DNA of 63,433 nt, filler included, from Octopus bimaculoides (lineage: Eukaryota): NCBI RefSeq assembly GCF_001194135.2. It is 6 parts of 6 records of this genome, joined end to end, with 100 filler letters (N's around TTAATTAATTAA, not from the genome) between each part and the next. Parts side by side here need not be neighbours in the genome. Positions count along the whole stretch, not along the records: positions 1 to 29,763 come from NC_069002.1; 5 more parts are not named here. The stretch is one strand, 5' to 3'. Below, piece by piece: positions 1 through 14,770 of this stretch. Position 1 is the first letter of the stretch. Every line of letters begins with the position of its first letter. The position numbers and the translations under genes are program-made. The notes under the pieces are model-generated. The model was not told the origin of the DNA, did not search any database, and saw only the letters and a list, made by a program, of their open reading frames with translations.

Positions 1-96
1 TATTTCTGCTGCTTTTAAATAAAGCATATTACTCTACCTCTGGTATTTGAGTACTCTTTTTTCCACCTTGTTGCACATTTCATGTGCTTACTCCGG

Positions 97-134
<38 letters not shown>

Positions 135-427
135 TCTCTCAAATGTAAATAGATAGCCCTCTTTATATCATTTTATCAGTGCAGACACTATTGGCTGCTT
201 CAGACTTGTTACTGTATTACATACAAGGCATGTCTACTACACACTAAATTAAGCATTTAAATGCATCAAATGACATCGTTTTGCTTCTAGGAATTTTTCC
301 AAAATGATGGGATCTACTGCTTTAGTGATATCTGTGTATATACCTACATATATACATAAATACACACAAAGATTTTATAAAGAATACTTGAATTTAATTT
401 TGCAAAATCGACAAGACTGATCAAATT

Positions 428-797
428 TATTACCTCCGCCTCTGCTAAGGCAGAGGTATTGTTTTCAGTTATGTTTATTTGTTTGTTTGCCCGTGGACAA
501 AATATCTCAAGAACCGCTGGATGGATTCGGATGAAACTTGCAGGGATGTTTGGACTCATTACTGGCACGAACTGTTTAAATTTTGGGATTGATCCGATAC
601 TGGACAAGGATTCTGGATTACTTCTCCTGTTTTTTTTCACTTAATTTTTTAGAGCGATTGGGTTCATTTTTAGTATTCTCATTTGTGAGAGCAGTTGAGT
701 TTATTTCAGATATTTTCATTTTAAAAATCATATCTGGTTAATCGTTGAGAGGGAATTGGTGTTGCCTTGGAGGAGGTTTGCACTCTCCGAGTGCTTG
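428..797 (+). mobile_element. Non-autonomous Helentron/DINE-like element
   Basis: Subterminal inverted repeats cctccgcc (433-440) and ggaggagg (769-776), a (gttt)n tract, and a 3' hairpin gcactc-tcc-gagtgc (780-794). Confidence 0.55.
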
Positions 798-2554
798 TTA
801 TTTTAAAAATAACCTTTGTTTTACAATAATCCTACAGAAGCTATTAGTTTATCCTTAAGTCTAAGCACATATAAACTGTATGTTCACAGCAACTGTATTA
901 ACAGATTTAGTAGATGTATATATAAGCCATAGACTATTAATGTTGCTAAAATGAAAAGTAAGATTATTGACACAGCAGAAGTCTTAGAACTAAGGTAACT
1001 GATTGCATGCTGTGCCAAATGTGAAGTGAAGAACTACTTTCACTATACTCTATCAGGACAAAGAACAGATGTGATACTGGTAAATATAGTTATACACTTC
1101 AGGATTATGTGGATGGATAGGGTAATTACAGTACCTAGGGTAAGTAGAATCCGTAAACAGTCTATAGTGCAGCTAATATAACCTCCACTTGTACCCTACA
1201 GCTTTACAACCAGCACAAATGATTTGCTTATGGGACGAGGTGGTGAAGCATGGTCATTGAGTGTTGGACCTCACGGAGGTGATGACAAGTAACTGAAACC
1301 TTTGGCAATATGCAGTGCTTGAGAAGACTTGTCAAGCCCAGTGAAATCATAGTTGTGGCTAATACCAGTGTCACGTGAACGGCATGTAAAAAGCACCCAC
1401 TACACTCTTGGAGTAGTTGGCATTAGGAATGGCATCCAGTCGTAGAAACCATGCCAAATCAGACTGAAACTTGGTGCAGCTCTCCAGCTTACCAGTTGTA
1501 GTTAAACCGTCCAACCCATGCCAGCATGGAAAATGGATGCTATATGATGATAATGATGATGAAGTGTATATGCTGTACATTAGCTCACTCACTCATCAAA
1601 TTGATGTTGTTTGAATAAGTGCATGGTGTACCACATCTCAGATATTGAAGTGACCACAGAGCAACAGGAGATGAAGCATTTTACTCAAAAACACACATTG
1701 CACGGTCTGGGAATTGAAACTATGATCTCACAATCAGGAGTGCAACACCCTAACCATAAAGCCATAAGCCCTCACATATACCCAACTGTAGGTATATAAA
1801 AGGGTCAGTTCCAGCTGACTTTTATGTGAATTTTCTTTAAAGACAACAACATACATCATCATCACAATGGAGGCTTCAATGTTGCATCACGGGTGAAGAC
1901 ATTGATTTGTAAAGTGGCTCTGATGACCCTACATTACAACAAACCATTGACACTTGGAGAAAAGACTCTTGAATTACTGCTGTATGAATCATTTGAATGT
2001 ATACAGTACAGCCATCAGAAATCATCCAGCCAACGGATTATCTACCATTCAAGCTGGCATGAGTGAACCAGGCTGATTGTGTTTTCATTAAGAAAACAAA
2101 TGATAAAATAGTTGTGATTCAGTCTCTAGTTAAGTGAGAAATGTCTCCTCCCATAAAGGTTTCAAATGAAGATTAGGAGAAATATAAAGAGAAAGAGAGC
2201 ATAGAAGGTGAGGAATACTGCTTCCAATCAATAACGGTAAATATAGAGAAAATAGAAAGTTTATAACAGAAGATAAGTGGATATTTCAAAACGACAACCT
2301 CTACATACAAAGACCACTTAGCCAAGAAGGAAACAACAGTAATGACTCATCTAAAGAGTATCAATTGTTTGTTTGATGTAACAGTGTAACTCAGAGGTTT
2401 TGAGATCAAATTTTGTCAGAAGTATTTCAACTCCAGTAAAGTTATAGTTTATATCTGATCTGCTCTAAGGTGTTATCTGCCTGACAACGGTCTTTCAAAA
2501 AGCTTTGGTTTTTAATTTAAATTTGTCAATTGTTAAGTGTTGAAAATGACTTAC

Positions 2555-2680
2555 CTGGCAAGACAAGTGGCAAACACTGACTCCTGGACTTGCGGGCCCC
2601 ACAGAGGTAATAAACCATTGCACTTAGTGTTTGCGTTTTGTAGAGCAGCACTTTCCCATTCCTCTCGACCTCTTGCATGT
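2555..2680 (-). CDS. UBR4: UBR4 exon ([42 protein letters not shown]), 126 nt, phase 2/2
   Basis: gtattgattag|A CAT...GCC AG|gtaagt. I found no further downstream exon in 1-2554. Confidence 0.97.
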
Positions 2681-5600
2681 CTAATCAATACAAACAACAG
2701 ATGGGGTCAGATTTATTTAGAAACAAGTGAAGGCAACACACACCAAGGAAAATGTCAAAATAATAACAGAATAAAAATGAGAAAGGACAAACCTGACAGC
2801 AGCAGTGTGACAGTCAACATGCACGACATTAAAGTGGGATACTGTACTGTAGCCTTGTGACTTCCTTGTCTTATTCTCATAGTTGTCAAGGTTGGCTCGT
2901 TTAGTAAATGTGTAAATACCTAAGACCTGTTCACAACAGGGGGGAAAAGAATTAATTATATTAAAATAAACTTTATAAATCATAATAAATAATATAACAA
3001 TATGTACCCATAAGTACCCACCCAGCCACCCTCAATTCTTGCATCTAATTTTTTATCCACCATTTTGTACCTAGATGGTATGCCCTGATACCTCATCTCC
3101 ACTATCCTTTTCCTGTTGGGATGGCCATGTATCTCTTCTACAGCAAAACACCAGTTTCTGTCCCTCTATCATACTTTAACAACTCAAAACCTGGCACAAA
3201 GCCACCTCCCTAGATACTGCACCCTTACCCACTGTCACGAGGTCTCCTCTTGTGAGTTACTTGGCAGCATAACTAGTGTTGGTGCCACATAAAAAGCACC
3301 CTGTACACTCTGTAAAGTGATTGGTGTTAGGAAGGGCATCCAGCCCTAGAAACCCTGCCAAAGCAGATATTGAAGACCTGCATCTACATAATTATTAAGA
3401 CAAAATGTGATAATTTCAAAATGCTTTTGTTAAGAAGAAAAAAAAAACACGAGCTCATATTATCATACAGTCAGGTATTTTCACTCGTTATCATAAGGCA
3501 AATAATTAAACAGTTGTTAAAAGAGAACAAGACACACTAACCTTCTGTGGTTGATATTTATAACCTTCTCGACAAATACAACAAGTAAGACCTATTTCTT
3601 CCTTCAATTCTTCCATTTGTTTGAGAACAGAACTTTTGACAGTTACCTGGCCCTTTTCATTTGTCTGAAAAAATATAAAGAAGCAAAACTGATTAGTATT
3701 GGTTTCCTTATGGTAATTGCATCCATGATATTGGCTGAAAAGAGTAAAAAGGGCTCTCAAGCTGTATATGAATGATACTTCATGCTGAAAGTTAAACAGG
3801 GAATTTGTGTTGTGAGAAGTGACAACAAATAAGTTGTTAATGCACAGATGGAAGACTGCCAAAGATATCACCAAACTTTGGAGTACATGGTTGATAAAGT
3901 GTGGGTTAGAAGGAGGCCCACCTGCATTAGCTGTAATGGCACACTATGGGAGGAAGTTTCCAATTCCAGAACTGAGAGACGAACATAGACCATAAATGGG
4001 CAACTTTGTTCAGAGTTACTCATGTCAGGCACAACTAAAGGTTTTGCTGATGTCAAATGTAATAAAATTACTTTTGCTGAAGTTCTCATTAACGAAGGAC
4101 CACAACTGGTGATTGATATAAAAAAGCAAATCCCCACTAGATCTGGCTTATCAGTGGTTAGAAAAGTGACCACCACTGAAGAGAGATAGAAAGTGATGAA
4201 AAATGTGACTACTACTGACTATTTCCAGCATCTTTGAGATGACAGAAGTCAAGTCAATAGATTGGTAGAATCACAGAAGTTACTCTCTTGCAGGGGAACA
4301 GCCCAGGCTGTGGCTCTTTCAGTCCTTTACAACTAATGTTACTAGTGTAAATACCAAATTGCCTATCACCTTTAACTGTACCAGTCAATATCCTTACACT
4401 CTTCTTGATGTATTTGACAAACACACAAAATATTCTCAATCCGTTTCTTGCCTCTAAACCTCACTTTTACCCAACCAATTTTACACCTGTCAGACTGCAT
4501 GATCCCTGGTTCAATTCACTGTCTCTTGAGCAAGTATCTTCTAATCTTCTACTATAATCATGGGTTATCTGTTCCTGGTAGGTGGAAGCTTGTGGGGTAA
4601 ATGTGTGTGCGCGCACATGCATGTGTGTATGTACACGCATGTGTGTGTGTATCTGTACACCAGTCAAAAACTGATGTTATTTTATGACGTGCCATTATGT
4701 CCCATGACTTACCAGCTCAACATATGGAGATCGATACAATACAGGGTGAGCACTTTAAATTTCTTTTAAAACATTTTATCACATTTAAATTTCTATCTTA
4801 CAATCATATTGTTTATGTCCATCTTAAACAGACAATGTTTAATCTCTCAGGACTTTCATACTCACCGTCATGCCCAATGCACCAAGTTGTTTCATCCTAA
4901 CAGCCATTGCTAATCGTTTCTTTTCTGCTTTTGTTTGTTTCCGTACATCAATTATCTGAAGAGAAACAAATGAAAAAAGATCATGTTTATATCCAAATTT
5001 ATTTTCAATATTTTAATGTCACGAGTTACGTTATCAATGAAGAATCAGCTTAAATCTTTAGCATACCTATGTTCAAACCAGCCAGACCTGGCCTCTCACA
5101 CCTACCTTACAATGTTATTCTAGAACTATACAATCATGTCATCAAAATTCTGAAGTAATGAGATAATGTAAGATTAATTCAAAACTATGTGAATAAATAA
5201 GCATTACATAAGAGAGAATAATATGAAAGCTAAAGGATTAATTCTAAAACATCCAAAAGGCCTAACATTCTTCAGTCTGCTCTGCTTATATCTTACCAGA
5301 ATTAATTCACAGAATGTCTTCAACCAAATAAGTTTTTCGTGTATTTTTACTGTACGTAACAGCAACATGGCTCTTTCATTTTCTGATTCACTGCTCAAAG
5401 CCTTAATTAACCCACTAATGATTTTCCAAATCACTCTTTCAAAATAAACATTCAACTGACCAAACTCATTTTCTTACAGGTGAAATAACTTCAATTAAAA
5501 CCAAGTGACAAACTTCACTTGTTGGAAGACAAGCAGTATTCTGTAGGATTTACTTATTCAACATTGCATTCATATCCAAAGTGTTCCAAGCAATATATGT

Positions 5601-5710
5601 ATTATATTTTATGCAATATATGCAAGACAAGTTCATATGTAGTGAGAAGATGAACCCAATTTATGAATTGTATAAATTTAGCTTCAACAATTCAGACCAT
5701 CACAGATCTG

Positions 5711-5749
<39 letters not shown>

Positions 5750-7530
5750 TTTTTTTGTTATAGTAGTTATTTTTATTCAGTATATTTGCCTACAGGGCTT
5801 AATGCTCCGACTATGCTGAAAAGCTGGCAAAGGATACAGCTTTGGGGAGAAAACCCACCTGACATTAATTTCTTTGTTTCACCTGAAAAGAGTTTCTCAA
5901 GTGGAACAAACAAGCATCATCACAAGAACAAGAATATCGTGTGTGTGTGTGTGCACGCGCATGCACGCTTATATAATACAAGAATACCCTTGGTATGAAT
6001 AACAGAATAAGAATAATTTACCAATGAAAGTTCCAAAGTTCCAAGAACGTTCTCATTATTCTTCTCGTGTCATATAAAACTGGTTTCATCGCCAAAGAGT
6101 TAAGGAAACTACATTACTTCCTTAAATACAGTTTCAAGTCCAAAGCCCAAGGACTCACTGGACATTTACATGATTTCCCTGGCATAGAAGTGATGGAGAT
6201 CACAACATTTCCCCTGAACAGGATCCTGGTCCATCTCAGAGTGATTTGTTTACACTTGAGTGGACCCAAGCAACATGAAATGATGCGTTTTGCTCAAGAA
6301 CAAAACCCCCCACCCAGTCTGAGAATTGAAACCACGGTCTTGTGAGTGTGAGGGCAACACTCTAACCATTAGGCTAGGGGCCTTCACTTAGTATACAATA
6401 AATACATTCCATGCAAATATCCAATAAAATTTGAAGCTATCCACGTTAGCAATGTTATACGTACTTTAGCTGCCGTCTGTTCATTTTCCTTCAGAGCTTC
6501 CAGTAAATTCTCTGCCATTGTACCGATGTGTTTATCTGAAGAAATCTGTTCGAGCTTGTGAAGAATTGGAATACACTCTTCTCCAACTAATAACTGCCAG
6601 AGGCAGAGAAGAAATGAAAATTGAGAAAAAAAAAAGATCATCAGTAAAGTATTGATTACAAAAGCATTATCAATATAACCATTATCAATTTTTATCATTC
6701 TCACAAACTAATGTTTTTAGATATTTATTTAATGAATCCCAATTTCCTTCAGGCGATCCGCTTCTGTTTTGTTCCAGTTACTGATTACTACACACTGACC
6801 AAACATAAAAGACATATTTGACATTATTATTCTAACATGAAGATTAAGATAGCAAGCTGGTCCAATTGATAACACATTCGACAAAAATGCTTAGCAGCAT
6901 TTCTTCCAGCTCTGTTCTGTGTTCAAATGCTGCCAAGGTCAACTTTGCCTTTCATTTTTTAAAATTTTTTTTTAGGGTCAATAAAATAAAGTACCAGTCA
7001 AGAACTTGGGTTGATGTTACTGACTTTCCCCTTCCCTCAAAATTACTGGCATTGTGCCAAAATTTGAATCCATCATTCCATGAAGCAATGGTAGCGAGCT
7101 GGCAGATTTGTTAGCAACTTCTCTTCCAGCTCTTTACGTTCTGAGTTCAAATCCTGCTAAGGTTAACTTTACTTCTCATTCTTTCAGAGTTGATAAAATG
7201 AAGTACCAATCAAGGACCTGAAGTCAATGTCATCAACTTGCCACTTTCCATTTGTGTCAACATTAGAAATATTACATGAAAAATTTACCTTGCAAATTTC
7301 ATACTTGATGCCATTTAATAATAATAATAATAATAATAGTCCTTTTTACTATAGGCACAAGGCCTAAAATTTGGGGGAGGGGTAAGTCAATTATATTGAC
7401 ACCTGTACGCAACTGGTGCTTAATTAATTGACCCCGAAAAGATGAAAGGCAAAGTTGACCTTGGGGGAATTTGAAGTCAGAACAACTGGCTGACAAAACA
7501 CCATTAAGCATTTCGCTGGGTGTGCTAATG

Positions 7531-7607
<77 letters not shown>

Positions 7608-10600
7608 TGATGATGAAGCTAAAGTAGTAGAAATAGATTGCTGTTGTTTTAATTTTGAATATTATGAAGAATTTAGTAAAATAACTGCCATTATCAAACT
7701 GATGTTTGGCACATATGGAAAGTGTTAATGTAGAATGGTTAACAAACTATATTAAACTTATCGATATATATACTCCAGACTTGAACTCATTAAATGAAAG
7801 ATCAATTGCTTAGTCAATGGACTTCAAATATGATCCATCTAGCAAATGTGAAGATATTTTTTGGTATGAAGCTGTAGATTAAAACAATTTATGTCATTTA
7901 ATGTCTTAAGCTGACAAAGGCAATTTTTTCTCTTACTTGTCAAGAATTTTGAAGAAATTCTAAATTATATTTTTTTCTCTAGTTATAAATACATTTGATG
8001 ATAGCATTACTAATTTCATTGTTTCAATGCATTATCTCTAGTGAATAATAATTGTTCCTCTCTGGCCACGAATGTCATAAAAAGAAGTCTTAACTACCTG
8101 AGTTCCAGTGTGTCCAGAACATAATCCTGTTAACAATCGCAGAACATAACTCAAAGATGCTTTTCCAAGGAACTCCTGCCAGTCTTCTGTGTCAGTGCTA
8201 AAGGTAAGACAAAACTCGAATAAGACCTCGTTCATGCGCGAGTGATTAAGGAAAACAAAAATAACAAAGAATACAAAAAGAGAAATTTAAATTTATAAAA
8301 TATAAAACTATTGGCAAATTATTTTTTAATAATGGGACTCAAAGTAGACAAAAAAAAGCTATAAATATTAACATGTAGAATATTGGATTAAAAAAACCCT
8401 TGAATGGAAAATAAGTTAAAAGCTGCATGTAGAACTTGAACCCATATTTTTTGTCAACATGGCTGTTATACCAAAGCAACTTTGGAATTGTCTCCATCCA
8501 TTTTAGAAGCTTTATTCCTATGAGCAAGGATTATAAAAGGTTTGTCTTTTATCTTTTGTTTCAGTCATTTGACTGTAGCCATACTGGGGCACCACCTTGA
8601 AGGGTTTTAAGTTGAACAAATTGACCCCAGGACTTTTTTTAAAGCCTAGTACCTATTCTATTAGTCCCTTTTACCAAACTGCCAAGTCACGGGAATGTAA
8701 ACACACCAACACCGGTTGTCAAGTGGACAAACACAGACACACACGTGATGGGCTTCTTTCAGTTTTCATCTACCAAATCCGCTCACAAGCTTTGTTTAGC
8801 CTGAGGTTATAGTAGAAGACACTTGCCCAAGGTGCCACACAGCGGGACTGAACCTGGAACTATGTGGTTGGGAAGCAAGATTTTACCACATAGCCATGCC
8901 TGTGCTTGTTCACATGATAAAAATTAAGAAACTTGGATAAGAAATAAGTAAATTATTTTCAATGGTAGAGATAGTTATAAATGATTAAATGATAGCAGGT
9001 AGAATATCAGGTTAAGAAGTCCACTTGGATATGGAAAAGTTGAATTATAATGTAAACATAAAATTGTAATATTTTGAGTTTGTTCTACTCCATGGAAAAA
9101 GGTGAGAATTCACAATATTTTCTCTGAAGTGATGTTAGTTAAAACTCGAACTAATAGCACTTTCAGTCTTCTCAAGTTCATAGATCGTCTTAAAACACTC
9201 AAGGCGAAAGAAAGGTTAGAATATATGAATATAATTTACCTCATTTCTTCTGTGCGACTCTGACAACTTGTGCTGCAACAGTGAAAATAAAACAGCAAAT
9301 TATAAACTGATTGGAAAATGAACTGAAATATATAAGAATCTATTTCCTCATCTAAATAAATATTTATCAATAAACCATCATCATTGTCGTCATTGTTTAA
9401 CATCCGCTTTCCATGCTGGTATGGGTTGGACAGTTTGACTGAGGGCTGGTAAGCCAGAAGGCTGCACCAAAGTAAAAATCTGATGTTATCTATAAATTCT
9501 CTTTCAATAATCTTAGTATTCGCTTTTTAAGTCTTCAAGAGTAACTACATAATATTTGCCATCTATGGATCATACTTAATGTATACATGCAGTTGAGAGG
9601 CCAGTTACGGCAATATTTGTCCAGAGATAACATCTCTTATGGATGTGCTATGTTAAAAACAATAAATATCAAAAAGAAAAGAAATTTTTTCCTGCAGTAG
9701 CCAGCAAGAACACCAGAAGCATTTTGGCCTTTTCAATGATGTCTACTCACAGCCACAAGAATTTGTTGCATCTGGTATCGGAAACAGTGAATAAAGCATT
9801 TACTGGCATTGCAAACAGCCAAATCACCACCCACAGTTAACCAAATCAAATATTCCCAAGTCACAACACCTAGTTCTAAATCTTTTGTGACCATATTTCA
9901 TAGTCACCATTTAATGTCCCTCTGCTATGCTGCTTTGGGTTGGATTTTCATATATATGCTTATCCTTTTAGCATTTAATCCAGCCAAAATATTCTACTGG
10001 TTTTATGTTAAAAATGATCATATCCAACTTCTCACACCTACCCTACAAAGTCATTCTATAAATATATATAAAGCACACCCTAGAAATCTTGAAGCCACAA
10101 GAGGATGTGTGATTAATTCAAAACAATGTGAATAAATAAGGATTACATTTGACAAAGAAATCTGAATGCTAAAGGGTTAAAGGTTTTATAATGGAAATAA
10201 TAAAAAAAAATTTGGATGATTTAAGTAAAATTTTGCATTTATTGGTATATATGTCTATTAAGCTGTTAGGAATATAATTTAACTAGTTCTAACATAAAAA
10301 ATCCAATGAGAAGTGTTATAAGCTAGAACTAGGAGTGCAGTCTCCAGGGTAGAATGGCATCAAAAGGGTTTAATGTTGCAACTAAAGCAGTGAACTGGCA
10401 GGGTTGCTTGAGTTTTGGGCAGAAAGCCTCATAGTGTTTGTTTCAGCTGTGATCTGGGTTCAAATCCTGCTGAGCTCAATTATGCCTTTCACCCTTTTGG
10501 AATCAATAAAGAGGTACCAATGCAGGGCAATGGATTGGCAGTGAGGTTAGGTGAGGAGGAGAGATACTTTGTGATGATACCCGTGTTCTGGCAGCAATGC

Positions 10601-13600
10601 TTGTAATGACTCTGGTACCAAGCTGCAGTGGCCTTCCCCTTGGGTAAACATAGATGACATGGAGAGAAGGGAAACTTGCATGCATGGGCAACAGCTAGTC
10701 TTTCTCAAAACAGAAAAAGAAATATCTTGCCCAAGCCAGCACATGTGCAGATTTACGGTGAACTTTGACCATAAAATATTATAATAATAATTCTTTCTAA
10801 TAATTAGCACATGACCTGAAATTTGGGGGAGGATGATAGTCCAGTACATCGACCCCAGTACTCAACTGGTACTTATTAAAATAAGGATGAACAGCAAAGT
10901 CAACCTCCTTGGAATTTGAACTCTGAACATAATAATAATTTCAACAAGCGATAACCATGCCTTGGATATATAAGCATGATGCAGTTCTTAGGCCTATAAG
11001 ATCCTGTCAAATTGTCAAACCCATGTCAGCATAGAAGATGGATGTTAAAAGATGATAGAGATGACAATGATGATGATGATGCATATATGGTACTTACCCA
11101 ATTGTCTTCACTGGAGGAGCATGAGATAAAATGAAATCCACAGCTGAATTGACTATACCATGCTCCAAGATCATATTCTTCAACCAAGTTCCATTAGCAG
11201 TACTCTAGAAAGTGAAAAATGTAATATTTAGGATAGTATTCCAAAAGGGAGATTCAGAATTGCTTCGTCCACATTCCCTCCAGATTATATAAACAGCTGT
11301 CTTTGTCGAACAACTTTACAGGATTTTATGCCTAGTTGTGACTCCATATATCTGACTGTAAAAACTGGTTCGCTCACTTGTTTCTTGAAATGGAAAATTG
11401 AATTACTTAGAATCTTGCCCACTTCTTCCTATCTGAATTTGGGGTGAAATGCAAAAGTTATGGCTACAAATATTAGTTGATACCCAAACCCAAGAAAACC
11501 AACAATGCCAAATTCCTCAAAGACGACATCACAGAGAGACAATCTTGTCTTCTTCATTCTTTGCTTTGCTTCATAAATTAGAATAAAAAAAGAAAAGTAA
11601 AAACATTTGTCGTCTCCATTGGAGGATAGTTTAGTGACCCGAACCACCAGGTTGTTTAAGAATATACTTCACTCCATCTGTCAGACTTCATGAACTGTCC
11701 TTTTTAATTGAATGCAAGTTGCTTTACTTAATATACTGAGATAAATTTAATTTTAAAGCAAGCCTTAGCAAAATTAAATATCCCTTAGTCACAGAACATG
11801 TAGGATTATCCAGGGACGATACAAAGAAGCACAATTATTTCACTCTTCTTCTCTGGACTAGAAATAGATGTTTTATATAGGAGGCTACTGTGAGTAATTC
11901 CTATATTTTCTCACATATTCTAAAAGCTGTAGTGAAGGCTAAAACACACTTGCAGTTGAACAGAGTAAGTCACAGAAAGTACTGACATTGCAGGTGAATT
12001 ACATTTTACAACTCAAAGAATATGAGAAATTTGAAAGAGCTGGACTGCTAGCCAGGAGTTCTTGATTTCTTTAGTATCTCACCTGTCTGAAATGTCAGGT
12101 GAGATCCAAAAGGGCACGTGGCTCACCCTTAACATCATTCAAAGTAATAGTACTTTGAATGTAATAGAGTCTAATTAATAAATTGAACAATAAGGCGCAG
12201 GAGTGGCTGTGTGGTGAGTAGCTTGCTTCCCAACCACATGATTCCGGGTTCAGTCCCACTGCGCGGCACCTTGGACAAGTGTCTTCTACTATAGCCTCGG
12301 GCCGACCAAAGCCTTGTCAGTGGATTTGGTAGACGGAAACTGAAAGAAGCCCGTTGTATATATATGTATATATATATGTGTGTGTGTGTGTCTGTGTTTG
12401 TCCCTCCAACATCGTTTGACAACCAATGCTGGTGTGTTTACGTCCCCGTAACTTAGCGGTTCAGCAAAAGAGACCGATAGAATAAGTACTAGGCTTACAA
12501 AGAATAAGCCCTGGGGTCGATTTGCTTGACTAGAGGTGGTGCTCCAGCATGGCCGCAGTCAAATGACTGAAACAAGTAAAAGAGTAATAAGATAACAATA
12601 AGAAAGGCTTCAGAGGCTATAATAATTATCTTAAAAGGTTTTAGTGAATTAGTTTGTCCAAAATACCCATCTTGGAATTAGGAATTTGATTGTTTCATTG
12701 ATATTTTAACGTTGTTAATTAATTACAATACATAACAGGTGAGTGTCACTTACCTTGATACCACTGGCAATAACACAGAAACATTCTAAATGGATTTGTT
12801 CATCTTGGTTATGCTCAAAGTCAAATCTGGAAACAGAATCGTATCTGCAAATTTAATTATGACTTTTTCCTCCTCTTATTTCAAAGAGTCATAATATTAA
12901 AATAAATACAAAACCAGGTACTAAATCAAATTAAATTTTCTGTTACCATTAAATGCCAATTAGCTAAAGAAAAATCTATTATTGTGATATTTAGTGAGGG
13001 CACATGACCTAGTGGTTAGGGTGTGCACTCATGGTGCATCGTATCCTTCGAATAAAACACTCTGTTTCATGTTGTTCCAGTCCGTTCAACTGTGAATGAG
13101 TAACCCTGCAATGAACTAGCACTATGTCCAGTGGGAATGTTACGATCTCATTTACTTATACGTCATGGAAACTGGATAACCCTATGAATCTTGGAAATCA
13201 AAGCAGTAATGTCCAGAGGGTCGATGGTATTTATTTAATGAACAGGGAAACCCAGGAAGATATGGAACGAAGCACTGAAGGCTGATCTCAAAATGCTGAG
13301 CCATACAAAGGAGATGACAGAGGACCAAGATATATGGCATATTGCTGTACTTGAGAAGACCCGCCCACCACAACAGAATTGAGATCCTAAAACCAAGGGG
13401 CCATGTAAAAAGCATTGGTGTGGGTGCTGGTGCCACGTAAAAAGCACCCAGTACACTCTGTAAGGTGGTTGGCATCCAGCTGTAGAAACCAAACCAAAAC
13501 AGACTATGGAACCGGGTACAGGCCCTGGCCTTGCCAGTTTCTGTCAAGCTGTCCAACCCATGCCAGCATGAAAAATGGACGTTAAATCATGATGAACTAT

Positions 13601-14736
13601 AGGGTTTGTGTGGTAGAAATTTCAATAAATAAAGTGTGAGCTTTAGGAAGTTAAGATAATAATGTGTTCAACATGTCGACTCTGTAACAACAAGTATGAC
13701 CATTATGGTAGTGCTGACAAAATGGTACTAATTGCTGAGCTGACTAAACATTAAACGTTTACACATTGTACCACACTCACTTTAGAGTTATATGTAGTCA
13801 GTCTAAAACATCCTTAAATGGTCAGCTTATTCTAAATAAGTTAAGATGCTCAATAATGAAGGCCAAGTCATATTTCAAGATGTAAATGGAAACAAAGATT
13901 TCTCAGGAAATCTGAAGTAATTGTAAATGAATTTAATTGATAACATTAAATATATTTCAATCTTAATCCAAAAGGAGGTGTAGTTTGAAATTTAATTTAG
14001 TTGACTCCGTCTGGTGCCTGAAGCAGGTGGAAACCGTTTTTTAACCTATAATAAGAATGGATAATATAAAACCTGATCCCAAATAAGTGGAGGCTATCGA
14101 CCAGACTATAGTATAATGACAGACTTTCCTCAGAAAAGTCATTTAAATCAATTGACTAACATTATTTATAACCTCCAGTGTGTGATCCGAGATAAATAAA
14201 ATAGGGAGCCAAGTTCAATCAATTGAAACAGTGCTACAATAAACCAACATGATCCTCTCTCTACACATCGCTACTGCCATTGTAAATACTAAGAGCTACA
14301 TGATAGTGCCTTTTGTAGTTCATAATTCGTAAAATAACAGTGTGGTTGTGTCAAAGTAAACTAAAAATAATAAAGTTAAACTTAACCCTTTCGTTACCAA
14401 CCCGGCTGAAACCAGCTCTGGCTCTGAGTGCAAATGTCTTCTTTTCATAAGTTTTGAATTAAATTCTTCCACCAAACCTTAGTCACAATTTATGTTCCTA
14501 ACACTAGCTGAATGATAACTAAGTTATTTTACTAAATTCTTTGTTATATTTAAAGTAATTGAAAGAAACACAGAGAATCTCAAAATAAATACAGTAACAA
14601 AAGGGTTAAACAGACATCAAGCCCATGTTAGCTTTGTAGAAAAGTGGATCTCCTCTATAAGAAAAAAAAAAATTTTAATTTTAATCAGAAATTTAATTCA
14701 AAATGAGAAAAATTCTCAACTGAGATNNNNNNNNNN

Positions 14737-14770
<34 letters not shown>

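Noticed and set aside
280-345. Minus-strand IYTDITKAVD resembling the LINE RT motif YTDFSKAFD
   Set aside because: Too short, and the putative partner motif near 1130 is in the wrong order.
11280-11700. ORF 11429-11647 and surrounding coding-like sequence
   Set aside because: No recognisable family or splice pattern. The UBR4 phase chain is complete without it.
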